Part shown: positions 41,782 to 55,363 of the stretch, piece by piece | Position numbering within the stretch: position 1 is the stretch's first letter | How the letters are laid out: every line of letters begins with the position of its first letter | Assembly (NCBI GenBank): GCA_964016885.1 | Contig: CAXHJY010000706.1 | Coordinates: 6,992-70,991 of the forward strand | Length of the DNA: 64,000 bases | Direction: 5' to 3' | From: Eledone cirrhosa | Lineage: Eukaryota | Program-made: the position numbers and the translations under genes | Notes under the pieces: model-generated | What the model saw: only the letters and a program-made list of their open reading frames with translations | The model's database searches: none | What the model was told of the DNA's origin: nothing

Positions 41782-42213
41782 TAGAAGTCAGCAAACATCA
41801 CAAAATATTATATATATGGTTGTAGAAATATATATGTCGTTCGTTGTCTTTTCCTTTTCTCTTCCTCGAATGCCTCATTGCAGCTGTGGTAGGTTATAAC
41901 ATAATTTAGGTCAAACTTGACCTTAAAGAGAGCAATGGGATGGTACTTTTGTTGTTGTTGTAATATGGTTTTAACCCCACACCCGGTTTGACGGAGCGGC
42001 CCGACTAGATTACTTCTGCCTGCGTGTGGTTAGTAATTGAAATGTCTTCTAAACCTCTGTGGGTAGCACAGCATAGACGTTATTTTCTTTGTTATTTGTG
42101 TCTTTGTATTCAGATATAGATAGATGGGCAGCCATTTAGCCATATGTAGGTACACACATACGCACATAGTCACACATAAACACATGAACACACACATACA
42201 TGCAGACACACAC

Positions 42214-42252
<39 letters not shown>

Positions 42253-42253
42253 C

Positions 42254-42294
<41 letters not shown>

Positions 42295-42334
42295 TTCGTA
42301 TATATATATACATATGTATATATATATATATATA

Positions 42335-42565
42335 AAACAAAGGAATTGTGGTAAGGAACCAGATGGACCATAACGCACCAGAGTACTCAATACTTAGGGT
42401 AGTAGAGTGGGAAATAGGAAAAAGTATGACCCGACGGCAGAGCTCAAGCCGTTTCGACGGCTATTTCTGGACTCTATTAAAATTTTTAAAATTCTAATTT
42501 AGTCCAGAAATAGCCGTCGAAACGGCTTGAGCTCTGCCGTTGGGGTCATACTTTTTCCTATTTTT

Positions 42566-42569
<4 letters not shown>
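42335..42569 (-). mobile_element. Family B fold-back mini-element in (TA)n
   Basis: Palindrome arms gacggctatttctggact/agtccagaaatagccgtc with an AT-rich loop; long arm on minus. Confidence 0.85.
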
Positions 42570-42620
<51 letters not shown>

Positions 42621-43782
42621 TACTGCAATAACAATAACAACTGCAACAACAATAACTGCACCACCACCACCAACAACAACAACAACAACAACTGCAACAA
42701 CAACAGCAACAACAATAGCCCCAACAACAACTACTGCAACTGCAACAACAACAACTGCACCACAACAAAAACTGCACCCCTACCACCACCACCAACAACA
42801 ACAACACTACCATAACAGCAACAACAGTTACATCAGCACTAAAAACAAGAATAACAACAGTAACAAAATAAGAAGAAAACTAAACTGTTTAAACCGAGGG
42901 AACAGTGCAAGCCCTAACGTCCTAGACAGGGGTCAGGATGAAAGAATGGGGAGAGGTTGACCATCAAAACTTTCCAATTACTTATTTACAGAAGTTTTTA
43001 AAACACAAACGAGAAAACAATGGAAAGAAGATGACAAAAACTAAAGATTTCTTTCGTTTACTTATTAATTATATATTTTTTATATCATCTTATTTATTTG
43101 TTACTTTTATTTCTACTTCTCTAAGACACAATGAGGTATTTGTATTTGTATTGTGTTTATGACTGGGTAATCCTGGCTTCAGTGTTTGGGGGCTTGGATA
43201 GCTTGTTCCGTGCCTAACGTTATTGGTATTTTAACGATAGTTCCCGATAACGGGTTTCAAGGAAGAAGGAATAGTAGCAATGTTTATAACTGATTACTTC
43301 CGGTATTGCAAAAGCTGTGTGAACGACAATCATATCACGGTAGGGTTGTTTACTACAGCTCCGCATAAAATACCTCCAGAGTCAAGGATAAACTTCTGTA
43401 TAGGTCATGTGACGAGAAAATGTTACGTTGTTCCGGAAACATTGACTGATATTTAAAAATTCAGTAGAACGTCGTGAAGAGTCGATAAAGGGGTTTAAAT
43501 GAGACTAAACCACAATAAGCAAATGTCTTTCCTTTTTATACACAATGAACAAAGACAAAAATAAACGGAAAGAACTATATAATTTTGAATTAACTCCGGA
43601 TATTTTCGCAACTCAATGGATAGTTTGTTTTGAGACAAGAGACATTACTCGGTGGTAAAGCATTTTAGTCGGAAATCACAGAAATTACGAGAGATTTTCA
43701 TTTCAAATTTTCTATTCTTCTATTTTCTAGTGAATGCACTGCAGAAATTATATGTATACACACGTGCAAGAAGCGTGTGTAC

Positions 43783-43999
<217 letters not shown>

Positions 44000-44069
44000 T
44001 AATGGAAAATTTGAACAGGAACAAAACAGAGATATATATGTATGTATATATATACAAATATATATATAC

Positions 44070-44138
<69 letters not shown>

Positions 44139-44217
44139 GTTGTATACGTAAACACATATATACATTTGTAGACAGACAGACACACAAATAGACGGTTAGA
44201 TAGATATACAGATAGAT

Positions 44218-44292
<75 letters not shown>

Positions 44293-44591
44293 CTAAATAA
44301 TACGCAAATGGGTATGTGTGGGGGGGGGGGGGCGAAATTGTTATTATGTCACACTGAGATCAATAGTAGGTACTCTAACTATGCTAAAATTTCAATAAAT
44401 ACCCTAATAAAATAGATTTCTCTATATTTCAAAAAATAAATTTGTTATTGAGAACATATTCTGTAGAATATCAACAATAATAAAAACAAATATTTCGACT
44501 TTTATTCAGTTCTTCATCCACCAGAAACATTTATGAAAATATGTTTTAGATAAAGATCTATTAAATTATTAATTTGTTTATTATGTATGTA

Positions 44592-44888
44592 GGAGGGTCA
44601 GCTGAAAAGTTCATAGGCAGATTAGTTCATAGGCTGAAACGTTCATAGGCTGATTAGTTCATAGGCTGAAATGTTCATAGGCTGGAAGGTTTATAGGCTG
44701 GAAAGTTTATAGGCTAACCAAGATACTCTGATGGAATAACTAAATGAGAAATAACTAAATTTTTTAACATAATTCCTGGAAAAAAATGCATTTATTAATA
44801 CGAAGAGTTGAAATTAGTGCATGCAAGATTTCACAGCTCTTGCATCACTGCTTCATAGTCAACCTATGAACTTTTAAGCCGACACTCG
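44592..44888. mobile_element. mariner-type MITE with TA target duplication
   Basis: TIRs ggagggtcagctgaaaagttcatagg / cctatgaacttttaagccgacactcg flanked by TA; internal tandem gttcataggctga. Confidence 0.75.
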
Positions 44889-44927
44889 TAGTTAAATTGG
44901 TAGTAAATTAGCAGTATCTCTCTATCC

Positions 44928-45005
<78 letters not shown>

Positions 45006-45958
45006 TATTAAGTTAGACATAGCCTGGGCCAATACTGGCCGAAACCTATCAAAGTTATATATATATATATATGTATATTTGTCTATCTGTCTATCCATCC
45101 ATCTTGCATACATAGGCATGAACGTCAAAATATACCATCCTTATTTTACTAAAATTAAGAACATTTGAACTAAATTTAAAGAAACTTATATTTAGCTCTG
45201 GTATGGATGGAGGGGTTTACTTTTAACCTTACATTTTTATCTCATTTTTATGATTCCAATATGGCATAATGTTTTACCCGAGTAAAGAATCAATACACAC
45301 AGTTGAAATAATATCCTGGTATGAGATGGCAAATATTAAATTCATACACAAGGAAAGAGAAGTGCCTATCAAATAACACAAAATTTCAAAGGCAACATTT
45401 AAAAAAATGAAGAAAATTTTAAATTATTGCTAAACGGCATATAAATACCCTTCTTCTTCTGTTACTCTTTGATTTAAGTTCCTGAAACTTTCAATAAAAG
45501 ATTTAAATTGAAGCAAGCCTGGGCCGATGATATTCCTCTGTTGATTATTAATTTCAAGACAGATGGAGTTATCACGCAAAGATGCCATTTTTTTAGGCAG
45601 CCTCATCAGTTTTCCCCTAGGAGCATTAACCTCTCACTATCGGCTGCTGTTCTCGCCTTCGCCCAATATTCTAGATGAATATGCAAACAAAGAGAAACTA
45701 CAACAGAAATATACCAATTGTAAACGTGTAGGATTCGAATTTTTACAGTCGTTAGACAAACTCTACGTTACTTCAAATCTTTGGAGTTCATCTTACGGAA
45801 ATATTTAACGATATTTTGTAGTCATATAAGTCTCTTTTAAATAACTGACTGAAAATTTATGATTTACACAGACAACTAAATCTTCGTAAGAGTATATATC
45901 AATAACACATTGATGTTTATAAATTAGCATACTGGTCTCTACCCCTCTTAGCTAATTA

Positions 45959-46016
<58 letters not shown>

Positions 46017-46018
<2 letters not shown>

Positions 46019-46186
46019 CGAACGAATTGTAGTAACCAGATGGACCATAACGCACCAAAGTACTCAATACTTAGGGTAGTAGAGTGGGTAATAGGAACAA
46101 GTATGTCCCTGACGGCAGAGCTCAAGCCGTTTCGACGGCTATTTCGAAACGGCTTGAGCTCTTCCGTCGGGGTCATACTTGTTCCT
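46017..46186 (-). mobile_element. Family B fold-back mini-element in (TA)n
   Basis: gacggcagagctcaagccgtttcgacggctatttcgaaacggcttgagctcttccgtc; long arm on minus. Confidence 0.85.
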
Positions 46187-46464
46187 ATATATATATATAT
46201 ATTATTAATTCTGGCAATATTACACAAATATGACCCTCCCCAAGTATAACAATATATATATATATATATTTTGTTTCTGAATTTGTTTAGCAAGATTCTT
46301 TATCTGAAAACGTGTGTTGAAACCGATATTGTTATACTTTGGGAGGGTCATGTTGCCAATAAGAAACACACGCACCAGTTGCTTTCACTTCAATTTATTA
46401 TAGATTTATAAATTTATAAATTTACAAATCTACAAACTTATAAATTTCTGGTTGGTTGGTTGAT

Positions 46465-46617
46465 ATGAGATTAGAGAACATAGAAATAAAAATAGAATCC
46501 ACACACAGAAAAGATGCAATGTTTAGGCAAATTACAGAGGCAGTAAGCATAAAAGAATTACAACCAAAATTAAATAGAAAATATGAGTGGAACAGTAACA
46601 TCACAACTTACAATTAA
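46465..46617 (+). pseudogene. C-terminal end of a Penelope-type GIY-YIG endonuclease domain
   Basis: Hand translation MRLENIEIKIESTHRKDAMFRQITEAVSIKELQPKLNRKYEWNSNITTYN* with the R..EA..I....P.LN pattern; below the ORF track cut-off. Confidence 0.8.
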
Positions 46618-46913
46618 GGACAAAATGAAAACACACATAGGACAAAATGAAAACACACACACACATAGAACAAACAACTTACAATTAAGGACAAAATGAA
46701 AACACACACAGGACAAAATGAAAACACACACACACATAGAACAAACAACCAACCAACAATAAATAAATAAATAAATAAACAAATAGATAAATGAACACAA
46801 ACACACACAGACACCCGGATGTGGCGCATGCGCAAACTGAGCACACAACACACACACAGAAACAAAATGGCGTAGGATAGAAGAAAGGCACAGAAACAAA
46901 GAAAGGAATCCCC

Positions 46914-46958
46914 AGTCACTGAAGAGGTCACAGAGTGTGTGACGAAAGGACTATGACT
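46914..46958 (+). ncRNA. Type I hammerhead ribozyme motif (family F)
   Basis: Stem I AGTCA/TGACT, CTGAAGA, G plus stem II GTCACA/TGTGAC, GAAA, vestigial stem III GGAC, predicted cleavage after CTA. Confidence 0.75.
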
Positions 46959-47116
46959 ATATATAAACAACTATCTGGTTGTGGAACCAACCAACCAACC
47001 AGAAATTTATAAGTTTGTAGATTTGTAAATTTATAAATTTATAAATCTATAATAAATTGAAGTGAAAGCAACTGGTGCGTGTGTTTCTTATTGGCAACAT
47101 GACCCTCCCAAAGTAT

Positions 47117-47196
<80 letters not shown>

Positions 47197-47198
<2 letters not shown>

Positions 47199-47481
47199 TA
47201 AAGTCCAAGTTGATTATTCAAACTTCGTTGCAGAGAATTAGTTCCAGTGCCACTTAGTTCCAGAAAATTTGCAAATCAGGTGGTGGATTGAAACATCTGA
47301 ACATACGCAATAAGCAAACCCAAAGTGTTAACAAGAACGAAATGAGACATCCTTGTATTATTTGTGAAGGGGTCTTTCACAGGCTTTGAGGACTCAAACG
47401 CTATTTGAGATCTCATGCCAGGAAGGAATAGACATAAAGTACAAGAAGTGGTCAAGATGTGTATGGAGTAGACGACCTTCA
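47197..47481 (+). pseudogene. RTE/BovB-type LINE 3' end with degenerate C2H2 fingers
   Basis: KICKSGGGLKH...HPCIICEGVFHRL*GLKRYLRSHARKE* followed by a short 3' UTR and (TA)n. Confidence 0.6.
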
Positions 47482-47499
47482 TATATATATATATATGAA

Positions 47500-48303
47500 G
47501 TTTTGTGTTAGATCCTTGGTACAGTTAGATATATTTGAATAAAGGAAAAGAATGACTTCACTCATATAATTTTACAATTTTAAAATTTTATGAATTTACT
47601 ATAATTTCGGTCGAAATTTTTTTTTTTTTTTAATCCTGGTTAACTTTCTGGAGAACTTTCTCGCATTCGTCGGTGGCAATTGTCAAACTGAGCTTAAGTT
47701 GTAATGTGTCAATGTATATATAGAGAGAAAGGAGACTGGCATGCATGGGTGACTGCTGATCTTCCACAAATACACTTTTCCTACAGTTGTGCCTCGGAGG
47801 GTAACTTTATAAGTGCGAAACCATGGACATTCGTAACTGAAGGAAGCGTACGATACATATACATGTGTATGTTTATGTGTGTATGTCTGTGTATGTGTAT
47901 GTCTGTGTATACATATGGATGTATATGAGTACTCAATATACGTAGTTCATTTTTTTTTTTTTTTTTAAACGAAAGGAATGACTTCACTTGTAGTTCTAAA
48001 GAATTTGATTTAATTTTATATTATAATATTATGGGTTGGTAGATCTACCAACTCATAATTGTTTCTACTTTTGGCACAAGGCCAGCAATTACTCAGTGTA
48101 TTACTCGTACTTTATTTTATCGACCCCATAAGGATGAAAGGCAAAGTTAACCTCGGCGGGATTTGAACTCAGAATGGCAAGGGCCGTAACTCTATGCGTC
48201 AAAGCATGGCGTAAGATTAAACCAAATTGTTTAGAACTACAAGGGAAGTCATTCTTTTCCTTTTTTCAAATATACCTAAGTGTACCAAGGATTTCACACA
48301 TTT
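47500..48303. repeat. Region bounded by about 60-80 bp imperfect inverted repeats with a nested SINE
   Basis: gatccttggtacagttagatatatttgaataaaggaaaagaatgacttc mirrored by gaagtcattcttttccttttttcaaatatacctaagtgtaccaaggat; third partial arm at 47970-48015. Confidence 0.6.
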
Positions 48304-48316
48304 TCCAATATATATA

Positions 48317-48429
<113 letters not shown>

Positions 48430-48943
48430 TATGTACAGATTAGATTGGATATCTGTTTCCAGCTAAGGAAACAAGGGCGGATGTACCTTAACGGAATCGA
48501 ATAATTAAAACGGCAATTATAATTCGAAGGTTGAAGGTTTCGTATGTCGTATGATGGGTGTATGCTGTCTTCTCTGTCACTCTACCAGTTTGTGATATAT
48601 CTTTACCCAATACACACATTATGTAAATATGAATGTGCGTGTGAGAGTGTGTGTGCATGCTTAAAAATGTCTGCCAACTCTTCGCCAACACCAGCCAACT
48701 TCATGAGTATTTTCATAATCGCCATTTTGTTTCGCGTTCGTTTATGCATTTATCTCCTGTCCCCTCTATCACACTCTCTCTCTATCTGTCTATCTGTCTT
48801 CTCCTTCTTCTCTCTCTCTCTCTATCTACTGTCTTATCCCCCTTCTGTCCCTCTATTTTCTCCTTCTATATTTTCCCTCTCTCTCTATATATCTGTCTTC
48901 TCTCCTTCTCTCCCTCTATCTTCTCCCTCTATCTTCTCCCTCT

Positions 48944-49000
<57 letters not shown>

Positions 49001-49050
49001 CTCTCTATCTATCTCTCTATCAGTCTTCTCTCCCTTTTCTCCCTCTATAT

Positions 49051-49162
<112 letters not shown>

Positions 49163-50874
49163 TTACTCTCTATCTCTCTCGGTAATATTCACCGATCAGG
49201 AAACGGTGTATTAAAATAACAACAGCGGTAAAATCACATGATAAACAATAGCATGTAAACTTATACTTCTGCTGTAAATTGAGTGTGTAGAAGCTGACTA
49301 TCACACGACAACTATTTGGTGGCAATATGACATACGGGCAGCAGTAAAATGTATTCGTCAAAAGTCAGGAAAGCCTAGATCATTCCCTCCGGAGGTGAGG
49401 ATAACGACGAAACGACCTCATTCCCTTCTTCTTCTTCTTCTTCTTCTTTTTTCGTCTTCTTCTTCTTCTTCTTCTTTTCTTGTTCTATCTTCTTCTTCTT
49501 CTTCTTCTTCTTTTTCTTTTTCTTTTTCTTTTTCCACTTCCTCTTCTTCTTTTTCTTCCTCTTCTTCTTGATTTTCGTCTTCTTCTTCTTCTTCTGTCTC
49601 TTCTTCTTCTTCTTCTTCCTTCTTCTTCTTCCATCTTTTTCTTCTTCATCTCTCCCCCCTCCTCCTCCTCCTCCCGCCTGTCCCCCTCCTCCTCATCTTA
49701 CCTATCCCTCATTCAATTCCTCCTCCTCCATCAACACCACATGCCTTGCCAAAGAAACTAAACTATAAAGGTGTCAAGTAATCACAGACCAATTAATTTT
49801 TGGTTGTCGGATGGAGTCGGTTGTTATGTGAAAACAGAGACATTCGTTTGATTCGGAAAAAAAACTGGATATGAGACGTCTAAGGGAAAAGACCCTGGTC
49901 GGAAGTAAGAATAAAGATGTCATCATTTCAGTTGACTGTAATAGCGTTAAAAGAGCCAATGTTGCCGGTGGGACGCTAGATGTTTATAATAAACGCAGAA
50001 ATATAGCTATTATCCTGTTTGGGTTTTTTTAACTACGCCATATTGTTTTTTTACAGAGATACAGAATCCATTAATATTATGTTGTTATTAAACGATGCAA
50101 AAGGGCGGTGGTTTGGCAGTATCGGTAGAGGGTCGGACGCCGTGCTTTGCAGCATAGAGTTACGGCCCTTTGTGATCTGAATGCAAATCGCGCTGAGGTT
50201 AACTTTTCCTTTCATCCTCACGGGGTCGATAAAATAAAGTACCAGTCACGCAAAATTGCTGGCCTTGTGCCTATATAAGAAACCGTTATTAAACGATGCA
50301 ATAATTATAATTAACGATGTGTCCAATACATGAAGAGTTGTAATGGTCGAGAGATGAGACTCTGGGTTCGTATCACTGTCGCTGACGCCTCCTGTCTCAA
50401 CTCTATACAACTCACTAAACACACTAATTACAAGACGATTGATTTGGTCATAGAATATATTTTAATGATCTGAGTTGAATTGTTTGCTAACGAAACAGCT
50501 TTGGTGTATTAATTTGACCTGTTAAAAATAGCAGTTAAATGTCCATCAAATCACACCATACTGGGGGGAGGGTTCTTTTTTTTTAGGATACAGTGGATAA
50601 TGTAGTCCTGTGGGATACGATGTTTTACATACGGGTTTTATATCAGAGTTTTCCTTCTAAAATAATGCCCTAACAAGAACTAGGGGTCTCTCACTTCCGG
50701 TGGGCTAACCGCGCCCTCGGACACCAAACCGAGTATATCCATACATCCATCTATAGACACATACATACATCCATACATCTATACATCCTTCCATCCATCC
50801 ATCCATACATACATACATACAGTACATATATACATGCATACATACATACATACATACATACATACATACATACA

Positions 50875-51471
50875 TGGTGGCTGCCAACTCGTTTTCGAGT
50901 ACGGCCACTACTTTATATCCATGTAGGAGAACCCCTACTGATGCGCTGAACGAGTGTGACTTTTTAGTCCAGCCAGCGACTTGAAAACTCTGGCACAAAG
51001 ACTACACTTGTGACAATTATTGACACATAGTGTTGGGCCCATGGTACCATGTGACGACAAGTGCAGAGAGATCTCCAGATATAAAGCAATGCCTGTGCCG
51101 TGAAGCTTTTATAGTGAGCAAAGGCACTGCACAAAGCCAGTCCCACTCTCTTAACCAAGATGATATTTACCAAAAAGAAGAACAAGTCAACATCATTGGA
51201 TACCATCAGGGTTGCAGGTGTTATATCAGAGTTTTCCTTCTCCTAGAATTCTGCCTTGACAAAGGCTAAGGGGTCATCTCTCCCGGTGATTTTGGATGGC
51301 CATTGACTCTTAAGAGCTCCTTTGCCCTTTGACAGGTTTTGTTTTTAGTCCTGCAGGATGTCCAAAGTCACCCTCCTCACCAAGAAACCTTGGTGGGGTT
51401 GCCAGTTTAGTCGCCAACGACCCGACCATGAGACAGGTTGTACTGGGATACATGTTACCAGTAGCACCAAC
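50875..51471 (-). mobile_element. Family I RTE-derived non-autonomous retroposon
   Basis: Reverse complement of 20361-20953; flanked by (TACA)n on both sides. Confidence 0.8.
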
Positions 51472-51576
51472 TACATACATACATACATACATACATACAT
51501 ACATACATACATACATACATACATACATACATACATACATACATACATACATACATACATACATACATACATACAT

Positions 51577-52030
51577 AATGCAGAACTGATGAGAAATCTG
51601 CAGATACTCCACCCTGACTACACCTTCAGATTTATGCCTGTGATTATTGGGGCACTGGGGCATGTTAGTAACTGCCTCAATAGAAATCTTGAGAAGCTAG
51701 GCTTCATAGAAACAGAAAGAACACAACTAATTAGGAAACTACAAGTACAATCCATTAATGGAACAGTAAAAATATGTAAAATATTCCAAAAACTTTGCAT
51801 CTAATAACTGCATATACACATGTACAGATACAAAGCATATACACATGCACACATACAACTCAAAACATCCACATCCACACATACAATAACATCCATATCT
51901 ACACATGCATGCATACATATCTACCTAGTTGATGTTGTGTAAATTCCAATGAGAGAGTCTTGTGTCTATGTTAGAAACCGACTCTCTCTCTATTGGTAAA
52001 ACTTTGTGAAATTATAAAACCAGAAGAACA
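51577..52030 (+). pseudogene. Dong/R4-clade non-LTR retrotransposon 3' end (restriction-like endonuclease C-terminus and 3' UTR)
   Basis: AELMRNLQILHPDYTFRFMPVIIGALGHV...LEKLGF...IRKLQVQSINGTVKICK, stop at 51804; (TACA)n on both flanks. Confidence 0.75.
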
Positions 52031-52592
52031 TACATACATATACTTAAATATTCTCTTGCAAATGCACATATCATGTAAATGATTTGGTTAAAGCTTATTT
52101 CAAAAAATTAACTTAAGTTTCTGTTATTGTTGTTGTTGTTGTTATTGTTGTTTTAATGTTTAACATGAAAGATATTAAGAGAAAAATAATAACTGAAACA
52201 TTGATTCGTGACGTTTGGTCCCTGAATCTTAACACGGAACAAAAACAAACAAACAAATGATAGAATAAAATAAGTTAAAGTAAGAAAGAAAGAAAAGTCC
52301 CCATTTAATCATTCATTAGTTTTAAGTTTGACTTACGTATCTATTTATTGCATGCTAAAAGCATCTAGTTGGCAGTGGTTAAGTTAATCGAATTAATATA
52401 CTATCGATTTAGAGCTGTTGGTGAGTTTACGTTGAAGCATCTATCTATTGATGACATTTCAAAGTCATCGTGATGACTTCACCTATCAACGGTAATAATA
52501 TTTATACGTTCTCACTTTTAGTGAAATAATTATTATGGTGACATTTTCATATTTCTTGACATACACGCTCTGACTATCTCTCTCTCTCCCTA

Positions 52593-52623
<31 letters not shown>

Positions 52624-52677
52624 CTACCTACCTCCCTATATCCCTCCCTTTCTATCTTCCTCCCTATCTCTCTTTCC

Positions 52678-52714
<37 letters not shown>

Positions 52715-52953
52715 CATATATATATCGTTTTCTCTTACTTTCTCTTTCACCATCTCTCTATCTACCCCCTCTCTCTATATCTATCTATCTACCACCCCTC
52801 TCTCTCTCTCTCTCTCTCTCTTTCCTGCTCACATCATTTAATAAATACTATGCAGTCTCTAATTTGTAAACATTCTGTTAACTTTTCTAAGTTTTAAACT
52901 TAAACTCTCTATCACTCATTTTTATACCCACCTTCCCCGTATCTCAAACTCTG

Positions 52954-52985
<32 letters not shown>

Positions 52986-53318
52986 TGTGTACTAGAAATG
53001 ATAAAAGGCAAAATGACCTAGGGATTTGAACTGACTGAGCAAAGAGTCGAAATAAATACTCTATACGACGTTCTAACGACTCCGCCAATTCACCGCCTTT
53101 AGTTCAGGGAAAGCTAAAAAGTAAAGTTGAGCTAGGTGGTTTTTTTAACCCAGAATGTAAGAGAATGTAACTAAATACTGAAGATCATGTTCTCCATTGC
53201 TCTTGGAATTTAACCAAATATTGACCCCACTAGAACCAATATTGAATATTAATTTAAGCACAAGGTCAGCGAATTTGGTAAAACACCATTTATTTTATTA
53301 AAAGCTTCTTAAATCTCG

Positions 53319-53727
53319 TGGTCATTGGAGCACTTTGGCTGCCTCATGTGTCTCAAGATGTGGAATAGTGTGTTGATAGATGCAACTGACCATGGTTATT
53401 GGAACACTTTGGCTGCCTCATGTGTCACAAGACGTGGAAGGATGTATTAATAGATACAACTGACCGTGGTCATTGGAACACTTTGGCTGCCTCATGTGTC
53501 TCATGTGTCTCAAGACGTGAAATGGTGTGTTGAAACTGACCGTTGTCATTGGAACACTTTGGATGCCTCATGTGTCTCAAGATGCTGGATGCATTGATAA
53601 TGCAACTGACCGTGGTCATTGGAACACTTTGGCTGCCTCATGTGTCTCAAGATGCTGGATGCATTGATAATGCAACTGACCGTTGTCATTGGAACACTTT
53701 GGCTGCCTAATGTGTCTCAAGATGCTG
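53319..53727. repeat. About 70 bp minisatellite, five full units plus one partial
   Basis: gtcattggaacactttggctgcctcatgtgtctcaagatg...caactgacc repeated. Confidence 0.9.
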
Positions 53728-54172
53728 TAGGTTCTAAGTTTAAGATACGAACTGATGAACCTTCGGTTTAAAATCTAGTCCTCCATCAACACAACCATCT
53801 GCTGTTCTTATTCAGGATAATACACTATAGTTACTGTTATTGTTAATATTGCCGTTGTTGTTGATGTTGCTAATGCCATTGTTGTTGTTTCACTAGTATA
53901 ATTACATTCAGTGCGGTTTTATTTTATTTATTTTATTTGTTTTATTGTCAATGTGATTACAATAATTTTTTAATCGTTTTCGTTATGTCTTTACTAATAT
54001 TTTATTCTTTATTTCTTTTAGCCTAATGTTTTATTTTAATTTTTTTTTTTTCATTTTTTTTTTTTGCTGCTTCTGCTGTTGTTGCTGCTGTTGTTGCTAT
54101 TGTTGTTGCTGCTGTTGTTGCTATTGTTGTTGCTATTGTTGTTGTTGTTGTTGTTGCTTCTGTTGTTGCTTC

Positions 54173-54224
<52 letters not shown>

Positions 54225-54378
54225 GGCTTTGCTTTTGTTGTTGTAAAAAGTACTGCAGCAGCTATTTTATAGTTGTGTTTTTATTTCGTTTATTGGAATT
54301 AGTATAGTTTTCTATTGTTACAAATGAAGATGCTGGTGATGATGATGATGATGATGACGATCATGAGGAGGACGATAT

Positions 54379-54437
<59 letters not shown>

Positions 54438-55009
54438 ATAGTAACAACAACAACAACAATAAATATCATCACCATCGCCATCTTGTTATATTCGCCCGCT
54501 GCGATTGCCAATACATTATTCACAGATTCAGTTTTGAAAATGAGCTAGCAGCGAGATTTTCCTCTCAAAGCCAAAGGATAGACGAGGAGGGGAGAAAATA
54601 AAAAACACATAACTAACTAAGAATTAGTGTAAAAGAAAAAGTAATGGGGACTTGGAGACTGGGGACTGGGTGGGGGCCTTTGTGGGCTGGGGGCCCAACT
54701 GAGTGGGAATATTGATGGAATAGGAGGTAAATGAGACTGATGGTGAAGGAGAGGAGATGAAGGAAGGGGATGGAGTACAACCAGAGTTGTGGGATGTTGT
54801 GGGGTATTGTAGGTTGTTGTGGGATGTTGTGGGTGCTGGGATAAGATCGATTGGAATTAAGTGAATGACAAAGAGAAGAAAAAAAAATGTGACCTGCAAA
54901 AATAATGACTTCTTTTAACTCGGTAAACGGTGATATATATGGGGGGGGGGGGGCAAGAATATAAATAGAATATTGTGACAACGGTATCACCTTTAGCGTC
55001 AGTCACATA

Positions 55010-55144
55010 AATGAAGTATAATAACTCCAAGCAAGAATTGAAAATCTTGAGCCAGGTTCCCCAAGAATTTACCCCTAATGAAGTGAAATAACTCCAAGCA
55101 AGAATTGAAAATCTTGAACCAGGTTCCCCAAGAATTTACCCCTA
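55010..55144. repeat. About 67 bp tandem duplication
   Basis: aatgaagt..aataactccaagcaagaattgaaaatcttga.ccaggttccccaagaatttacccct twice. Confidence 0.9.
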
Positions 55145-55363
55145 TCCTACAACGCTTGTTCATACACGCCAACGAAAGAGCCTTTATGGGGTGACCCGTT
55201 TTGCAAGAAGTAGCATTCATATTCCCCCTATCCTCACACAATATCTGATCAAATATGAACACGTTGATACACTGCAGTCCTGGTTATGTTATTGCAGGGA
55301 GGAAAACGCCGGATGATGGACATGCCTTGTGTACCTTGGATTATAGATCTGCTCGATCATAGC

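Larger units (their letters stand above)
46269..47121 (+). mobile_element. 5'-truncated Penelope-like element with inverted terminal repeat (family F)
   Basis: Inverted 3' repeat 46269-46462, GIY-YIG C-terminus, 3' region with HHR, direct 3' repeat running into (TA)n. Confidence 0.85.

Noticed and set aside
45563-45808. 81 aa ORF in non-repetitive sequence
   Set aside because: No recognisable motif or splice support; length is compatible with chance.
51586-51600. ctgatgagaaa
   Set aside because: Coding sequence (LMRN) of the Dong/R4 remnant; no stem II.
53319-53727. CRISPR-like repeat/spacer appearance
   Set aside because: Linkers are homologous or identical to each other, there are no cas genes, and the context is eukaryotic.
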